Sequence record: ON529855.1
Length of the DNA stretch: 64,000 nt
Reading direction: 5' to 3' (one strand)
Shown here: piece after piece, positions 24,313 to 33,018 of the stretch
How positions within the stretch are numbered: the first letter of the stretch is position 1
Layout: the number at the start of each line of letters is the position of its first letter
Notes under the pieces: model-generated
Told to the model about the DNA's origin: nothing
What the model saw: only the letters and a program-made list of their open reading frames with translations
The model's database searches: none
Made by a program: the position numbers and the translations under genes

Positions 24313-26439
24313 TTACGCAATCAGGGGTTCGTAGCCGCCGTTTTCACGCGTGCGGCGGAAGCAGTTCAGGTGTTCGGGCGGGCGCGGATGCGGATACAGC
24401 TTCTCCAGCGCCTTGCGGCCGGACTTGGACAGGGGCGCCTTGACCCTGAAATCCAGTTTCAGCCAGGGGTTGCGGACCATCCAGGAGACCGGGTCGATCC
24501 GGTTGAGCAGGTGGTTGCCGGCATGGTCCGCCTTGACGTCGTGGTGCTGGAGCACGTCGGGCAGGTCCTGGACCGCGACGCCGCAGAGCCAGGCGATGTC
24601 GGCCGCCGTGTGCGGGGAGAAGATGGCGGTGTAGGTCGCCTTGGCCTCGTTGACCGCGCACACCTCGCCGCGACCGTAATTCTCATAGCTGCCGAGACTG
24701 AACCCGGCATGACGGCTCACGAGATCGCCGTAGTCCAGGTTCTTGGACGGGATGCTGATGTCATAGGTCATCAGGAAGCGGGAATAGGTCTGGCGCAAAG
24801 CCCCCTCTCCGACCCTGTGCTCGGCCCCGTGGGCGGTTGCGTAGGCCGAGAAGCCCTCGCCGCCCGCGCGCCCGACCCAGACCTCGCCCAGGGCGGCGAC
24901 TTCCAGCAGGCGCGCTCGATTGGCCGTGACCTTGGCCTGGAACCAGGCGAGGACCTCGTCCTTGCGTCGCTCGTACTCGGCGTCCGCCAGGACCTGGACC
25001 TGTTTGGCGTAGGTGGCGCGCGCCAGGAATTTGCGATCGGCGTCGAGTTGTTCGGCCGTACCGAAGGCGGTCAGCCGCATGGGCTCGATCGTGGCGACCT
25101 TGCGGGCCGCCGCGATGTCATGCTTGAAGAAGGGATTGAGGGCGCGTTCCTTGTCTTTTTCCGCAACCTTGACCGCCTGACCGTCGGCGGGCGTGATCTT
25201 GAAGACGTCGCCGGCGTGACCCAGCAGGTTCAGCGGCGCGTCGCTCAGCGCCGGCGCATAGCGGCGCTCCAGCCAGGCGTTATGATCGCCGCCCTTCTTG
25301 CCCAGCGCCTTCTCGTCGTGCGCGGCGTCGGGACCGATGTCGGCGACCGTCAAGGACGACAGGCCCAGGGTCTTGACGTTGGTCGTCGGCAGGTGGGCCG
25401 CCCGCGCCAGCAGGGCCATTTCGTTTTCAGGGCGGATCATCTCTCCGGTGTAGGAGAGTTGCGGCGCCTTGAAGCCCTGCTTCCAGAACTTTTGCACGAT
25501 CAGATCGAGCATCATCGTCAACCAGATGGTCTCAGGGGCGCCGATCTCGCCGATCTTCTTGGTCTTGACGCCGTCCTCGTCGTAGACGGCGACCCCGGTC
25601 TCCTCGCTCGCGGCGAAGATCAGGCGGCCTTCTTCGTCCCAGTCGACGTTGAGCAGTTCGTAGGGATACCAGTTGCGCGAGATGCGCGCGTTCATGGCCT
25701 TGTCGGGACGGCGCGCCATCTTCGACGCCAGCGGATGGGCGTGCTCGGGCACGTCCGTCAGCACGAACAGGTTGGCGCCGTTGCGGATCGCGAAGGCGAA
25801 GAAGGTGTCGTAGATGAAGGGGTCGCGGATCATCGCCAGGCAGACGCCCGACGGGGTCGCGGTCATGGCCCCGAGAAAGGAGTTGATGTTCCAGTATTGA
25901 CGGATCGATTCGACGTAGACCGGCTTGACCTGCGGGTCTTCGCCCTGACCGTCCAGGAACTGGTCGACGCGCAGGTTCTGGAGCGAACGCAGGGCGTCGC
26001 GGCGCAGGATGGCGACGACGTCTGGCTTGGCGAGCAGGGCCTTGACGTCTTCACGGTCGGCGGCGCCGTAATGGGCCAGGCCCTCGCGCAGACGTTCAAT
26101 GAAGGCGTCCCGCGCCTCTACGATCTCGTCACGATCAATGATCGCCAGCAGCTTCTTGGCGGTGGTGACCTGCGCGCCGATCTTATCGGGATTGTCCAGC
26201 AGGTCCTGCATGTTGGTGGTGGCCGACTTCAGCCAGTCCATCACATAGACCTTGAACATCAAGGTGGCGGTGATCTCGGTCGGATCGAGTTTCAGCGCCT
26301 CGCGCAGCCCGTGGTAGGCGTCACGCACGTTCCAGTCGCCGATCGTATGAGCCTTGACCTCGCCGTCGGCGCCGACCTTGACGCCGGTCAGCTTGCCCCA
26401 CAGTTCAATGGCGGCCCAGAGCGGGCTTTCCTCGTGCAT
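24313..26439 (-). CDS. large hypothetical protein (708 aa)
   Basis: Long ORF, strong GC3 bias, SD AGGAGG, promoter upstream. Confidence 0.85.
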   Translation of the reverse strand: MHEESPLWAAIELWGKLTGVKVGADGEVKAHTIGDWNVRDAYHGLREALKLDPTEITATLMFKVYVMDWLKSATTNMQDLLDNPDKIGAQVTTAKKLLAIIDRDEIVEARDAFIERLREGLAHYGAADREDVKALLAKPDVVAILRRDALRSLQNLRVDQFLDGQGEDPQVKPVYVESIRQYWNINSFLGAMTATPSGVCLAMIRDPFIYDTFFAFAIRNGANLFVLTDVPEHAHPLASKMARRPDKAMNARISRNWYPYELLNVDWDEEGRLIFAASEETGVAVYDEDGVKTKKIGEIGAPETIWLTMMLDLIVQKFWKQGFKAPQLSYTGEMIRPENEMALLARAAHLPTTNVKTLGLSSLTVADIGPDAAHDEKALGKKGGDHNAWLERRYAPALSDAPLNLLGHAGDVFKITPADGQAVKVAEKDKERALNPFFKHDIAAARKVATIEPMRLTAFGTAEQLDADRKFLARATYAKQVQVLADAEYERRKDEVLAWFQAKVTANRARLLEVAALGEVWVGRAGGEGFSAYATAHGAEHRVGEGALRQTYSRFLMTYDISIPSKNLDYGDLVSRHAGFSLGSYENYGRGEVCAVNEAKATYTAIFSPHTAADIAWLCGVAVQDLPDVLQHHDVKADHAGNHLLNRIDPVSWMVRNPWLKLDFRVKAPLSKSGRKALEKLYPHPRPPEHLNCFRRTRENGGYEPLIA

Positions 26440-26467
26440 GTCAGTCCTCCTTCGTCGTCAACGGGAG

Positions 26468-26496
26468 GCTGTAAAGGAATGTTCTGCGCATGTCAA
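26468..26496 (-). promoter_or_regulatory. phage promoter with CATTCCTTTACA motif
   Basis: TTGACA-N17-TACAGC. Confidence 0.75.
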
Positions 26497-26747
26497 CCGG
26501 CGATCGCCGCCCGACCTGCGTCAGTGATGACGGCAAAGGCGATCTTGCCGCCTTTGTGGGTCTTGTAGGGGCTGACCATGGACTCTTCTGTGATCAGGTC
26601 TTCCCGGCGCAGACGATTCGACACGCCAGGATTGATCTCCTGCATCGGCATGGCGCCGCGCGACAAGGCGCGCAGCACGCCCAGGGCGTGGGCGGACAGC
26701 GGATGGGTCTTGGTCCCGTTGTTTGGCGGGATCGTCGTCTGATCCAT
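26493..26747 (-). CDS. small winged-helix-like protein (84 aa)
   Basis: LS.HA..VLR.L.....P...INPGV...L....L...AVITDAGRAA pattern; SD GGAGG. Confidence 0.6.
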   Translation of the reverse strand: MDQTTIPPNNGTKTHPLSAHALGVLRALSRGAMPMQEINPGVSNRLRREDLITEESMVSPYKTHKGGKIAFAVITDAGRAAIAG

Positions 26748-26773
26748 ATGTTCCTCCGCTGCTGGTATGACGG

Positions 26774-26802
26774 TTCTTACGGCGCCTGGCGCCAGTCGTC
26801 AA
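26774..26802 (-). promoter_or_regulatory. sigma70-like promoter
   Basis: TTGACG-N17-TAAGAA. Confidence 0.6.
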
Positions 26803-26819
26803 CGCTCAACGTCTGGCGT

Positions 26820-27638
26820 TCAGGCGTCGTCCAGGGCCGGCTCGCCGGTCATCCGGCGTTGCCCCACCACCACGATGGCGTTCATCAGCCCCTGGCGCTG
26901 GAAGTTGGTCAGGGTCTCGCGTGCGAGGATGTCGTTCAGCGCCTCCAGGGTTTCGTCCTGAAGCGCCTGGCGCGCCTGCCGCCGCGTTTCGCGGGCTTGC
27001 GCAGCGGCCTCGGCGGCGGCGCGGTGTTGAGCGTGCTCGGCGTGCAGTTGCGGCCCGGTCTTGAGCCAGCCCGAGGCCACATAGGCCTCGCAGGCCAGAG
27101 CGGCGGCCTCCTTGGAGCGATACCGCAGGACCTCGTTGCCGAGATAGGCGTAGAGGGATCGGGTCGCCGTCGCGCCGCTGTCGTCCATGGGCATGGTGGC
27201 GTTGCGCACATAGGGGCCGTCGGCCTTGGCCTGGTGGTCGTATCGCTCGATCTCTAGCGGGTAGATGCGCCAGAAGTGGTCCTGGTAGCCGACGTAGGCC
27301 ACCGCCTCGCCGTCGAACAGCACCCTGGAGCCGCCCTCGTGACGGAACCCGCCGCGCGCCGACTTGTCCGCCTCGATCGTCAACTTCGGCGCCGAGGACG
27401 GCCGCGCCTTGATCAGGCGCGCCGCCGTCTTCTTGTTGCAGGTCGGGCAGGTGATGTTGTTCGCCCGCTCGTCGAAGGTGTGATCGGTGTCCCACTTGGC
27501 GCGGATGCTGTAACCGCAGACAGCGATCCGCACATCCTCGATCTCCTTACGCCCGGTCGGGGTATGATTGTCGGTGAAGACGGTGAACTTTTCCTGGACC
27601 ACCCGGTCCAGGGCGTGCGTGTGGCGGGCGCGGCCCAT
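26820..27638 (-). CDS. hypothetical protein with zinc-binding motif (272 aa)
   Basis: H...AVCG...ITCPTC. Confidence 0.7.
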   Translation of the reverse strand: MGRARHTHALDRVVQEKFTVFTDNHTPTGRKEIEDVRIAVCGYSIRAKWDTDHTFDERANNITCPTCNKKTAARLIKARPSSAPKLTIEADKSARGGFRHEGGSRVLFDGEAVAYVGYQDHFWRIYPLEIERYDHQAKADGPYVRNATMPMDDSGATATRSLYAYLGNEVLRYRSKEAAALACEAYVASGWLKTGPQLHAEHAQHRAAAEAAAQARETRRQARQALQDETLEALNDILARETLTNFQRQGLMNAIVVVGQRRMTGEPALDDA

Positions 27639-28018
27639 CAGGAGGCGGCGCGCGGGAGGGCGCCGCGCGCACGCAGCGCCGCGATGTTGTCGGCGGCCTG
27701 GGCGATCACGCGGTCGCGCGCCGGGCCGTCCATGGCCGAGCCGAAGCCCTCGCTGACGGCGAAGGTCGTGCAGTCGGGGTTGGAGTCCTTGATCAGCCCG
27801 TAGAGGACGGCTTCGAACTCGCGGTATCCGTCCGAGTTGTCCAGCATCAGCCCAAGCGCCAGGAGTTCGCCGCGCAGGTGCTGGAAGGTCTCGCCGAAGA
27901 AGGCGCTCAACGCCTTGGCGTCTTCGTAGGCGCCCTCGGGGGCGTTCTCGGCGCAGGCCTCCAGGTTTTCAAGCTGGTTGTTCAGGGCGCGGGCGTCGAT
28001 GCAGGTGCGGATGGTCAT
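27638..28018 (-). CDS. hypothetical protein (126 aa)
   Basis: SD GAGGAGG; TGATG coupling. Confidence 0.7.
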   Translation of the reverse strand: MTIRTCIDARALNNQLENLEACAENAPEGAYEDAKALSAFFGETFQHLRGELLALGLMLDNSDGYREFEAVLYGLIKDSNPDCTTFAVSEGFGSAMDGPARDRVIAQAADNIAALRARGALPRAAS

Positions 28019-28048
28019 GGCGGGTCCTCCTCAATGTCGTCAAACAGG

Positions 28049-28077
28049 GTTGTAAAGGAATGATTTGCGCAATGCAA
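28049..28077 (-). promoter_or_regulatory. phage promoter with CATTCCTTTACA motif
   Basis: TTGCAT-N17-TACAAC. Confidence 0.65.
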
Positions 28078-28080
28078 GCC

Positions 28081-28506
28081 CTATTCTACGCCTGTCGTTT
28101 CGACCTTCGCCGCGCGCTTAGGGGTCAAGCGCCAGTCCAGGAAGAACGCCCTGAAGCCGAGTTTGGACCGCATCAGTTGCAGGCCCAGCAGGTCGAACTG
28201 AATGTACCCCAGGTCCTTGGTCAGCGCCTCGGACAGGCCGTAATCCTCCACCGGTCCCGCCTGGTAGGCCCAGGCGAGGTTGAAGAGCCGACTCACGCCC
28301 AGGGAGACGGCGTAGACGCGCTGGGACTGATCCCAGTTGATGTCGAAGCCGGCCCCGAGCAGGCGGGCGCGACGGGTCCAACGGGTCGCGGGCCGGGACA
28401 GGCCGAGGAAGGGCGCCCAGTCATGGTGGTGGAAGGAGACCTTCAACCAGGGACGGCTGATGCGGAAGGTTCCAGGGTTCTGATGCGGCGTGGCGGTAGG
28501 GGTCAT
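28081..28506 (-). CDS. hypothetical protein (141 aa)
   Basis: SD AAGGAGG. Confidence 0.7.
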   Translation of the reverse strand: MTPTATPHQNPGTFRISRPWLKVSFHHHDWAPFLGLSRPATRWTRRARLLGAGFDINWDQSQRVYAVSLGVSRLFNLAWAYQAGPVEDYGLSEALTKDLGYIQFDLLGLQLMRSKLGFRAFFLDWRLTPKRAAKVETTGVE

Positions 28507-28535
28507 CCAAGTCCTCCTTGATTATCGTCCTGACC

Positions 28536-28564
28536 GCCTTAAAACATTCCTTTACACAAGTCAA
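28536..28564 (-). promoter_or_regulatory. promoter containing the CATTCCTTTACA motif in inverted orientation
   Basis: TTGACT-N17-TAAGGC on minus strand; motif at 28545-28556 on plus strand. Confidence 0.6.
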
Positions 28565-28683
28565 CGCCGGCGAAACCAGCGCCGGAACCAGGCCCAGTCG
28601 AACGTCACGGTTTTGCGGAAAGCTTCGTTGCGCGTGATCCAGGGTCCGAAACGCGAAGCGTTCCAGGGGTCGGGCAGGTGCAT
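28561..28683 (-). CDS. 40-aa Trp/Arg-rich microprotein (MHLPDPWNASRFGPWITRNEAFRKTVTFDWAWFRRWFRRR)
   Basis: GAGG SD; fills an otherwise empty gap; not in ORF track. Confidence 0.5.
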   Translation of the reverse strand: MHLPDPWNASRFGPWITRNEAFRKTVTFDWAWFRRWFRRR

Positions 28684-28703
28684 GACGGGCCTCGTAAACG
28701 ACT

Positions 28704-28735
28704 AAGGCCGTCCACCTTAGCCCAGCGGACGGCCT
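28704..28735. other. 9-bp inverted repeat (hairpin)
   Basis: aggccgtcc...ggacggcct immediately after stop of 28749-29240. Confidence 0.5.
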
Positions 28736-28748
28736 CGTCTAGCCTCGA

Positions 28749-29240
28749 TCACGCAAACTCGAACCGATCATGACAGGAACCCTGGCAATCCATCGGGGCC
28801 AGGTTGACCAGAACGTCATAGACCGCCTTGACCTTGGGATCGTCCTGCGCCTCGCACTCGACGCCGTACTTGGCCTCGAAGGTCTTGGTTTTCGACCCCA
28901 CGTCGATCTCGACGTAGAGGCGCAGCTTGGTGAGGTATCGGGAGATATACTCGCCGCGCTCCTGGCAGCCCCTGTGGTAGGGACTCAGGTCGATCCGCAC
29001 CCGAAACGCCTGGGAGCGGGCCAGGGCCATGCCCATCTCGCCCCAGACCTCCTCATCGAACAGGTCGGCTTCCGCCGGCACATACTCCTTGAGCATGTCC
29101 CGGTAGGACTGGAACCGTCGCTTGGCGTCGGGATGGCCGCACATCATGGCGGTAGCAGCGGCGAGCGACATCGCGTGCAGCAGCATCGGGGCGTCGGTGA
29201 CGTCGAACTCGAATGTTCTCTTGTTGCGGCTGTTGCTCAT
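28749..29240 (-). CDS. hypothetical protein (163 aa)
   Basis: SD GAGGAGG; start ATG 29240. Confidence 0.7.
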   Translation of the reverse strand: MSNSRNKRTFEFDVTDAPMLLHAMSLAAATAMMCGHPDAKRRFQSYRDMLKEYVPAEADLFDEEVWGEMGMALARSQAFRVRIDLSPYHRGCQERGEYISRYLTKLRLYVEIDVGSKTKTFEAKYGVECEAQDDPKVKAVYDVLVNLAPMDCQGSCHDRFEFA

Positions 29241-29303
29241 CGGGTCCTCCTCAAGGTCGTCGCCCGGCATAAAGCACAGCCGACGCCTTTTGTAAAGGAA
29301 TGA

Positions 29304-29981
29304 TCAGCGATGAAACGCCGGCAGTTGCACATGACCCGGCGACGAGAACCCGGTCCCGGCCTGCGCCTCCAACCACTGACGCGCGATCAACTGGTGCGTC
29401 GGCCAGCAGAGTTCGAAATCGCTGTCGCGATGCAGCACGGTCCAGTCGTACATCTCGCTGGTGTCTTGCAGCTTGTCGAAATCCTGCTGCGCCAGGGCGG
29501 TGTTGTTCTGTACGAAGACGAGCGACTGCGTGCCGCTGGTCGAGGGCAGGTCCCCCAGGGTGATGCAGGAGCGGGATTTCACCGCGCCTAGATCGACGCC
29601 GGTTTCTTCACGGAATTCGCGACACGCGCCTTCCAGCGAGGTCTCGCCGATTTCCTGGAAGCCGCCGGGGAGGGCGTAACCGTGCTTTGCGGGCTCGATG
29701 CCCCGTTTGGCGACCGCCAGGCCCAGGCCGCCCGAAACGAGGACCGGTTGCAGCAGCAGCAGGACCGGACGCGGATTTTGCCAGTCGGTGGTGTTGCAGG
29801 CGTGGCAGTGAGGATGGGGCTGCGCGCGCTCGACCGCCAGGAAGGCGGCGCCGCAGGAGGAGCAGTGAGGAGGGTTCATTTGAGCCTTGGCGATGGAGGT
29901 GAGGCGTGCGCGCTCGCGGTTGGAATAGGCGTCGGCGACTTCGTTGATCTCGGCGACGATCGCAGCGCTGAGCAAGGTCAT
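29304..29981 (-). CDS. Nudix hydrolase with N-terminal zinc ribbon
   Basis: CSSC...CHAC; Nudix box GGFQEIGETSLEGACREFREETG. Confidence 0.9.
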   Translation of the reverse strand: MTLLSAAIVAEINEVADAYSNRERARLTSIAKAQMNPPHCSSCGAAFLAVERAQPHPHCHACNTTDWQNPRPVLLLLQPVLVSGGLGLAVAKRGIEPAKHGYALPGGFQEIGETSLEGACREFREETGVDLGAVKSRSCITLGDLPSTSGTQSLVFVQNNTALAQQDFDKLQDTSEMYDWTVLHRDSDFELCWPTHQLIARQWLEAQAGTGFSSPGHVQLPAFHR

Positions 29982-30292
29982 GGCAGCAGCTTGTAGTCGG
30001 AGCCGCCATTGGTGCTGCGGTTGCGCGGGGAGCAGACAGCGCCGCGCACGGGGACGCCGGCGCGCTTGGCGGTGAAGAAGAATCCTTCACGCTGGGGCGA
30101 CCAGATGCTTTGCGCCGGGCGCGGCTCGCCCTCCGTGGCGCAGTCGAAGCCGCGCGGCTCCAGACGCACCTCCGTGAACCCCGCCAGACGGAGGGTCGCC
30201 GATGCGCGGTTGCCGGCGAAACCGCTTTCGGGCGGCAGGGTGCAGGAGGCCGCCAGCATCAGCAGGGTGGCGGCGAGGGTCAGTCGGAACAT
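29978..30292 (-). CDS. putative lipoprotein (104 aa)
   Basis: Signal peptide ending in lipobox LAASC. Confidence 0.7.
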   Translation of the reverse strand: MFRLTLAATLLMLAASCTLPPESGFAGNRASATLRLAGFTEVRLEPRGFDCATEGEPRPAQSIWSPQREGFFFTAKRAGVPVRGAVCSPRNRSTNGGSDYKLLP

Positions 30293-31017
30293 CAGTCGTC
30301 CTTGTTGTTTTTCAGCGCGGCGATGACCCGATGGGTGATCTTGCGGCGTTCTCCGGCCGTCTCGCTCAGGGCTTCCAGTTCGGCGATCGTGCGCCGTTCC
30401 GGCGTGGACAGCCAGTCGTTCAGGTCGACCGGGGCCGGGCTCATGTTGACGAAGGTCGGCGAGGCGCGCAGGCCTTGGATCAGGCCGTGAACCAGGGGTC
30501 GGTTGTGACTGACCACCACCACGCCGTGGCAGGTGTCGTTCATGCCCCCGTCGGCCTGCGTCGTGCGGGCCTTGACGCCGATCAGTTCGCCCAGGGCGCG
30601 GGCGTAGCCGTCCGACAGGCCCATCTCGGGCTCGTCCAGCATCAGCACGCCGGCGTCGCCGTCGCGCCCGGCGTTGTTGAAGCCGCTGCGCACCACCCGC
30701 GCCGAGGTGGCGCCGGTGGACTGCTCTTCCTCGTCGCCGTAGATGAAGGCGCGGCGCATGCGCGCCATCTCGAAGGACCCACCGCCGGTCCGCTCGCGGA
30801 TCGACAGGGTGACGGCCGTGATCTTTTCCTGCTGAAGCGTCCCCGCCAGGATGCGGAACACCAGGCTCTTGCCCGAGGCGTTCTCGCCGGTGATCACCAC
30901 CACGCGCGGATCGCCCTCATGGAACTGGCCCTTGAACGGGCAGTCGGGGTGCTCGAAGAAGGGCGACTGCTCGAACAGGTCGCGCGTGACGCGCGGCAGG
31001 AGGAAACGTTCGCTCAT
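30292..31017 (-). CDS. stand-alone ABC-type ATPase
   Basis: Walker A GENASGKS; Walker B LMLDEPE; H-loop VVSHN. Confidence 0.8.
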   Translation of the reverse strand: MSERFLLPRVTRDLFEQSPFFEHPDCPFKGQFHEGDPRVVVITGENASGKSLVFRILAGTLQQEKITAVTLSIRERTGGGSFEMARMRRAFIYGDEEEQSTGATSARVVRSGFNNAGRDGDAGVLMLDEPEMGLSDGYARALGELIGVKARTTQADGGMNDTCHGVVVVSHNRPLVHGLIQGLRASPTFVNMSPAPVDLNDWLSTPERRTIAELEALSETAGERRKITHRVIAALKNNKDD

Positions 31018-31018
31018 G

Positions 31019-31270
31019 TCAGTCCTCGAACTGCGCCGTGCCGAGGTCGATCACGCCCTTGTCGGGGAAATCGTCGCGGGCGTAGATCGGCAGAAATACC
31101 GGCGCGCCCTCCATGACGAAGAGCACCGACGCCTTGGACCCTGAATGGGCCGAAAACACCGTGCGGGCGTGCGCCATCGCCAGGGCGGCGTCGGGCGCCC
31201 GCACCCGATAGGCCTTGGGGTTCGCCGCCTCGTAGGCTTCGGTCACGATGACCGTAAACAGTTTCAGCAT
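31019..31270 (-). CDS. hypothetical protein (83 aa)
   Basis: SD AAGGAGG; promoter upstream. Confidence 0.7.
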   Translation of the reverse strand: MLKLFTVIVTEAYEAANPKAYRVRAPDAALAMAHARTVFSAHSGSKASVLFVMEGAPVFLPIYARDDFPDKGVIDLGTAQFED

Positions 31271-31296
31271 GGGGTCCTCCTTCGTCGTCAGGAGAC

Positions 31297-31325
31297 GCTG
31301 TAAAGGAATGTTCTGAGGCTGTCAA
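31297..31325 (-). promoter_or_regulatory. phage promoter with CATTCCTTTACA motif
   Basis: TTGACA-N17-TACAGC. Confidence 0.75.
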
Positions 31326-31690
31326 TCGGCATTCGCGATCTCGCACAGCCAGTCGCCGTGACAGCGCAGAGGGGCGCAGGCGCACATCAGGTGGCGGCCC
31401 TTGAGTTGGCGCCGCACGAGAGCGAGGAAGGATTCGTCCTGGCTCTTCTCGGCGATGAACTTGTCAATGACCGTATCCCGGTCCCCATCCCGGCCGATCA
31501 GGTAGCCATTGCCGTAAGGCGTGCCGCGCATGATCGAGGTCGTCCCCGGCGGCCAGTTATGGCGGTCGAAATCGCGCGCGTTCAGGACCTCGGGCGGACG
31601 CGGATGCTTCGCCTTCAGGTGGGTGCGCAGATGCGACTTGCCCAGGAACCACTCGTCGCAGTCCGGGCACTTGTAGGAGGCGCCGCCCAT
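31322..31690 (-). CDS. C2H2 zinc finger - DUF4326 fusion (122 aa)
   Basis: CPDC-x12-H-x4-H, then RGTPYGNGY.IGRDGDR..VI.KF...L.G..L.C.CAP..CHGD.L (DUF4326). Confidence 0.8.
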   Translation of the reverse strand: MGGASYKCPDCDEWFLGKSHLRTHLKAKHPRPPEVLNARDFDRHNWPPGTTSIMRGTPYGNGYLIGRDGDRDTVIDKFIAEKSQDESFLALVRRQLKGRHLMCACAPLRCHGDWLCEIANAD

Positions 31691-32205
31691 CAGCGTTCGG
31701 CCCTCGGGTGCGTGTTGGACAAGGCCCAGCCTTGCTGGAAAGTCGTCAAAGACGCCAGTTCGTCGGGGCTGAGCGCCTTGGCCCGGCCGCCGTTGCCCCA
31801 GCCGAACCAGGTTTGGAACGGCGCGGTCGGCAGGGCGTGAGCCTCCGCCATGCGGGCGACGGCGGCGCATTGCTCTGCGTCCGCGCCCCAGGTGGCGAGG
31901 TCGATCACGCCGTCGTCGCGCACGCCAAGAAGGATGGCACCGTGCAACGCGCGTTGATCCGGCGCCAGAGCGCCATGCCAGCCGCGCATGTAGTCCGCCA
32001 GCACGGCGGCGTCTTCCTCAATCAACCCCCGCGCCCGCCAGCCGGTGAAGCCGTCCAGCAGGAGCAGCAGGCCGATCGCCTTCAAACGGTGGAGCGCCAT
32101 CAGCGCGTCCATCCGCTCATGGTGCTGCTCCCGCGCCTCCGCCGTGAAGAGGTCACGGGCGTCGACGGCCTTGAGACGGCTGTCAGGATCATCGGTAATC
32201 GCCAT
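31690..32205 (-). CDS. hypothetical protein (171 aa)
   Basis: TGATG coupling. Confidence 0.65.
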   Translation of the reverse strand: MAITDDPDSRLKAVDARDLFTAEAREQHHERMDALMALHRLKAIGLLLLLDGFTGWRARGLIEEDAAVLADYMRGWHGALAPDQRALHGAILLGVRDDGVIDLATWGADAEQCAAVARMAEAHALPTAPFQTWFGWGNGGRAKALSPDELASLTTFQQGWALSNTHPRAER

Positions 32206-32639
32206 CAGGTCTTGTCCAGATCGTAACGCTCGCGATCGGCGGGCGTCAGAATGCGTTCCAGGTCATTCAGCGGCTTGACCAGGGACTGGGGGCCGCCCTT
32301 GACGGCGTCTTCGAACCGCACCGTCGCTTCCTTAGTGTCCTCATCGATGAAGGCGATCCGCCCCTTGCAGTCGGGGTAGACGTGATGTTGGAACTGGACG
32401 CGATCGCCCACCCGCAAGGGGCGCCACTTGACGGCATGCACCAGATTAGAGCCGATCCGGAGCGGCTCCAACGGCTTTTCCCGTTGCTCCGAAAACAGAC
32501 GCGTGTCGAAGAACGGCCCCACCACGGACAAGGACACGCCGTTGGAATCAAAGTGATTGTTGCTGCGAACGACCCGCATGGGCACGAGGATGACGTCGTC
32601 TTCCCGCAGATTGTGGGCGTCTTCTTTAGAGAGCGGCAT
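32205..32639 (-). CDS. hypothetical protein with KOW/SH3-like C-terminus (144 aa)
   Basis: LRVGDRVQF...G.I...D.....V.F pattern. Confidence 0.65.
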   Translation of the reverse strand: MPLSKEDAHNLREDDVILVPMRVVRSNNHFDSNGVSLSVVGPFFDTRLFSEQREKPLEPLRIGSNLVHAVKWRPLRVGDRVQFQHHVYPDCKGRIAFIDEDTKEATVRFEDAVKGGPQSLVKPLNDLERILTPADRERYDLDKT

Positions 32640-33015
32640 CGGCGCTTCTTTCGGCGATCAGGCGGTAGAGGGACTGGGGACTGGCGCGCTGGAGTCGGCG
32701 ACGAACATCCCGGTCGGGGTGGGTGCAGGGCGGCCACACGACCAGGAGGTCGCGCCGCAGGGCGAGATAGTCGGCGGTGGGCAGGCCGTTGGGGCGGCTG
32801 ACGTTGCACGCCACGCACGCCCCTCGGGTGTTGTGTTCGGCGTAGGTCCCGCCGTCCGACCGCTGCGTCAGGTGTTCCAGCGTGATCATGTCGGGCGGTT
32901 GATAACCGCCCTCCACCGCGATCAGCCGCATGGGTCCCACGCAGTAGTGGCACCGGCCGTCCTGGGCGTCGAACATGGCGCGCCGGCGCTTCTGCCGGGC
33001 GGACGACCGGCTCAC
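32626..33015 (-). CDS. HNH endonuclease-like protein (129 aa)
   Basis: CHYC...TLEHL....GG.....N...ACVACN. Confidence 0.75.
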   Translation of the reverse strand: MSRSSARQKRRRAMFDAQDGRCHYCVGPMRLIAVEGGYQPPDMITLEHLTQRSDGGTYAEHNTRGACVACNVSRPNGLPTADYLALRRDLLVVWPPCTHPDRDVRRRLQRASPQSLYRLIAERSADAAL

Positions 33016-33018
33016 AGG

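Noticed and set aside
29291-29317. CATTCCTTTACA copy as a complete promoter
   Set aside because: Motif present, but the -35 position reads CGTTTC; counted as a motif copy, not called as a promoter feature.
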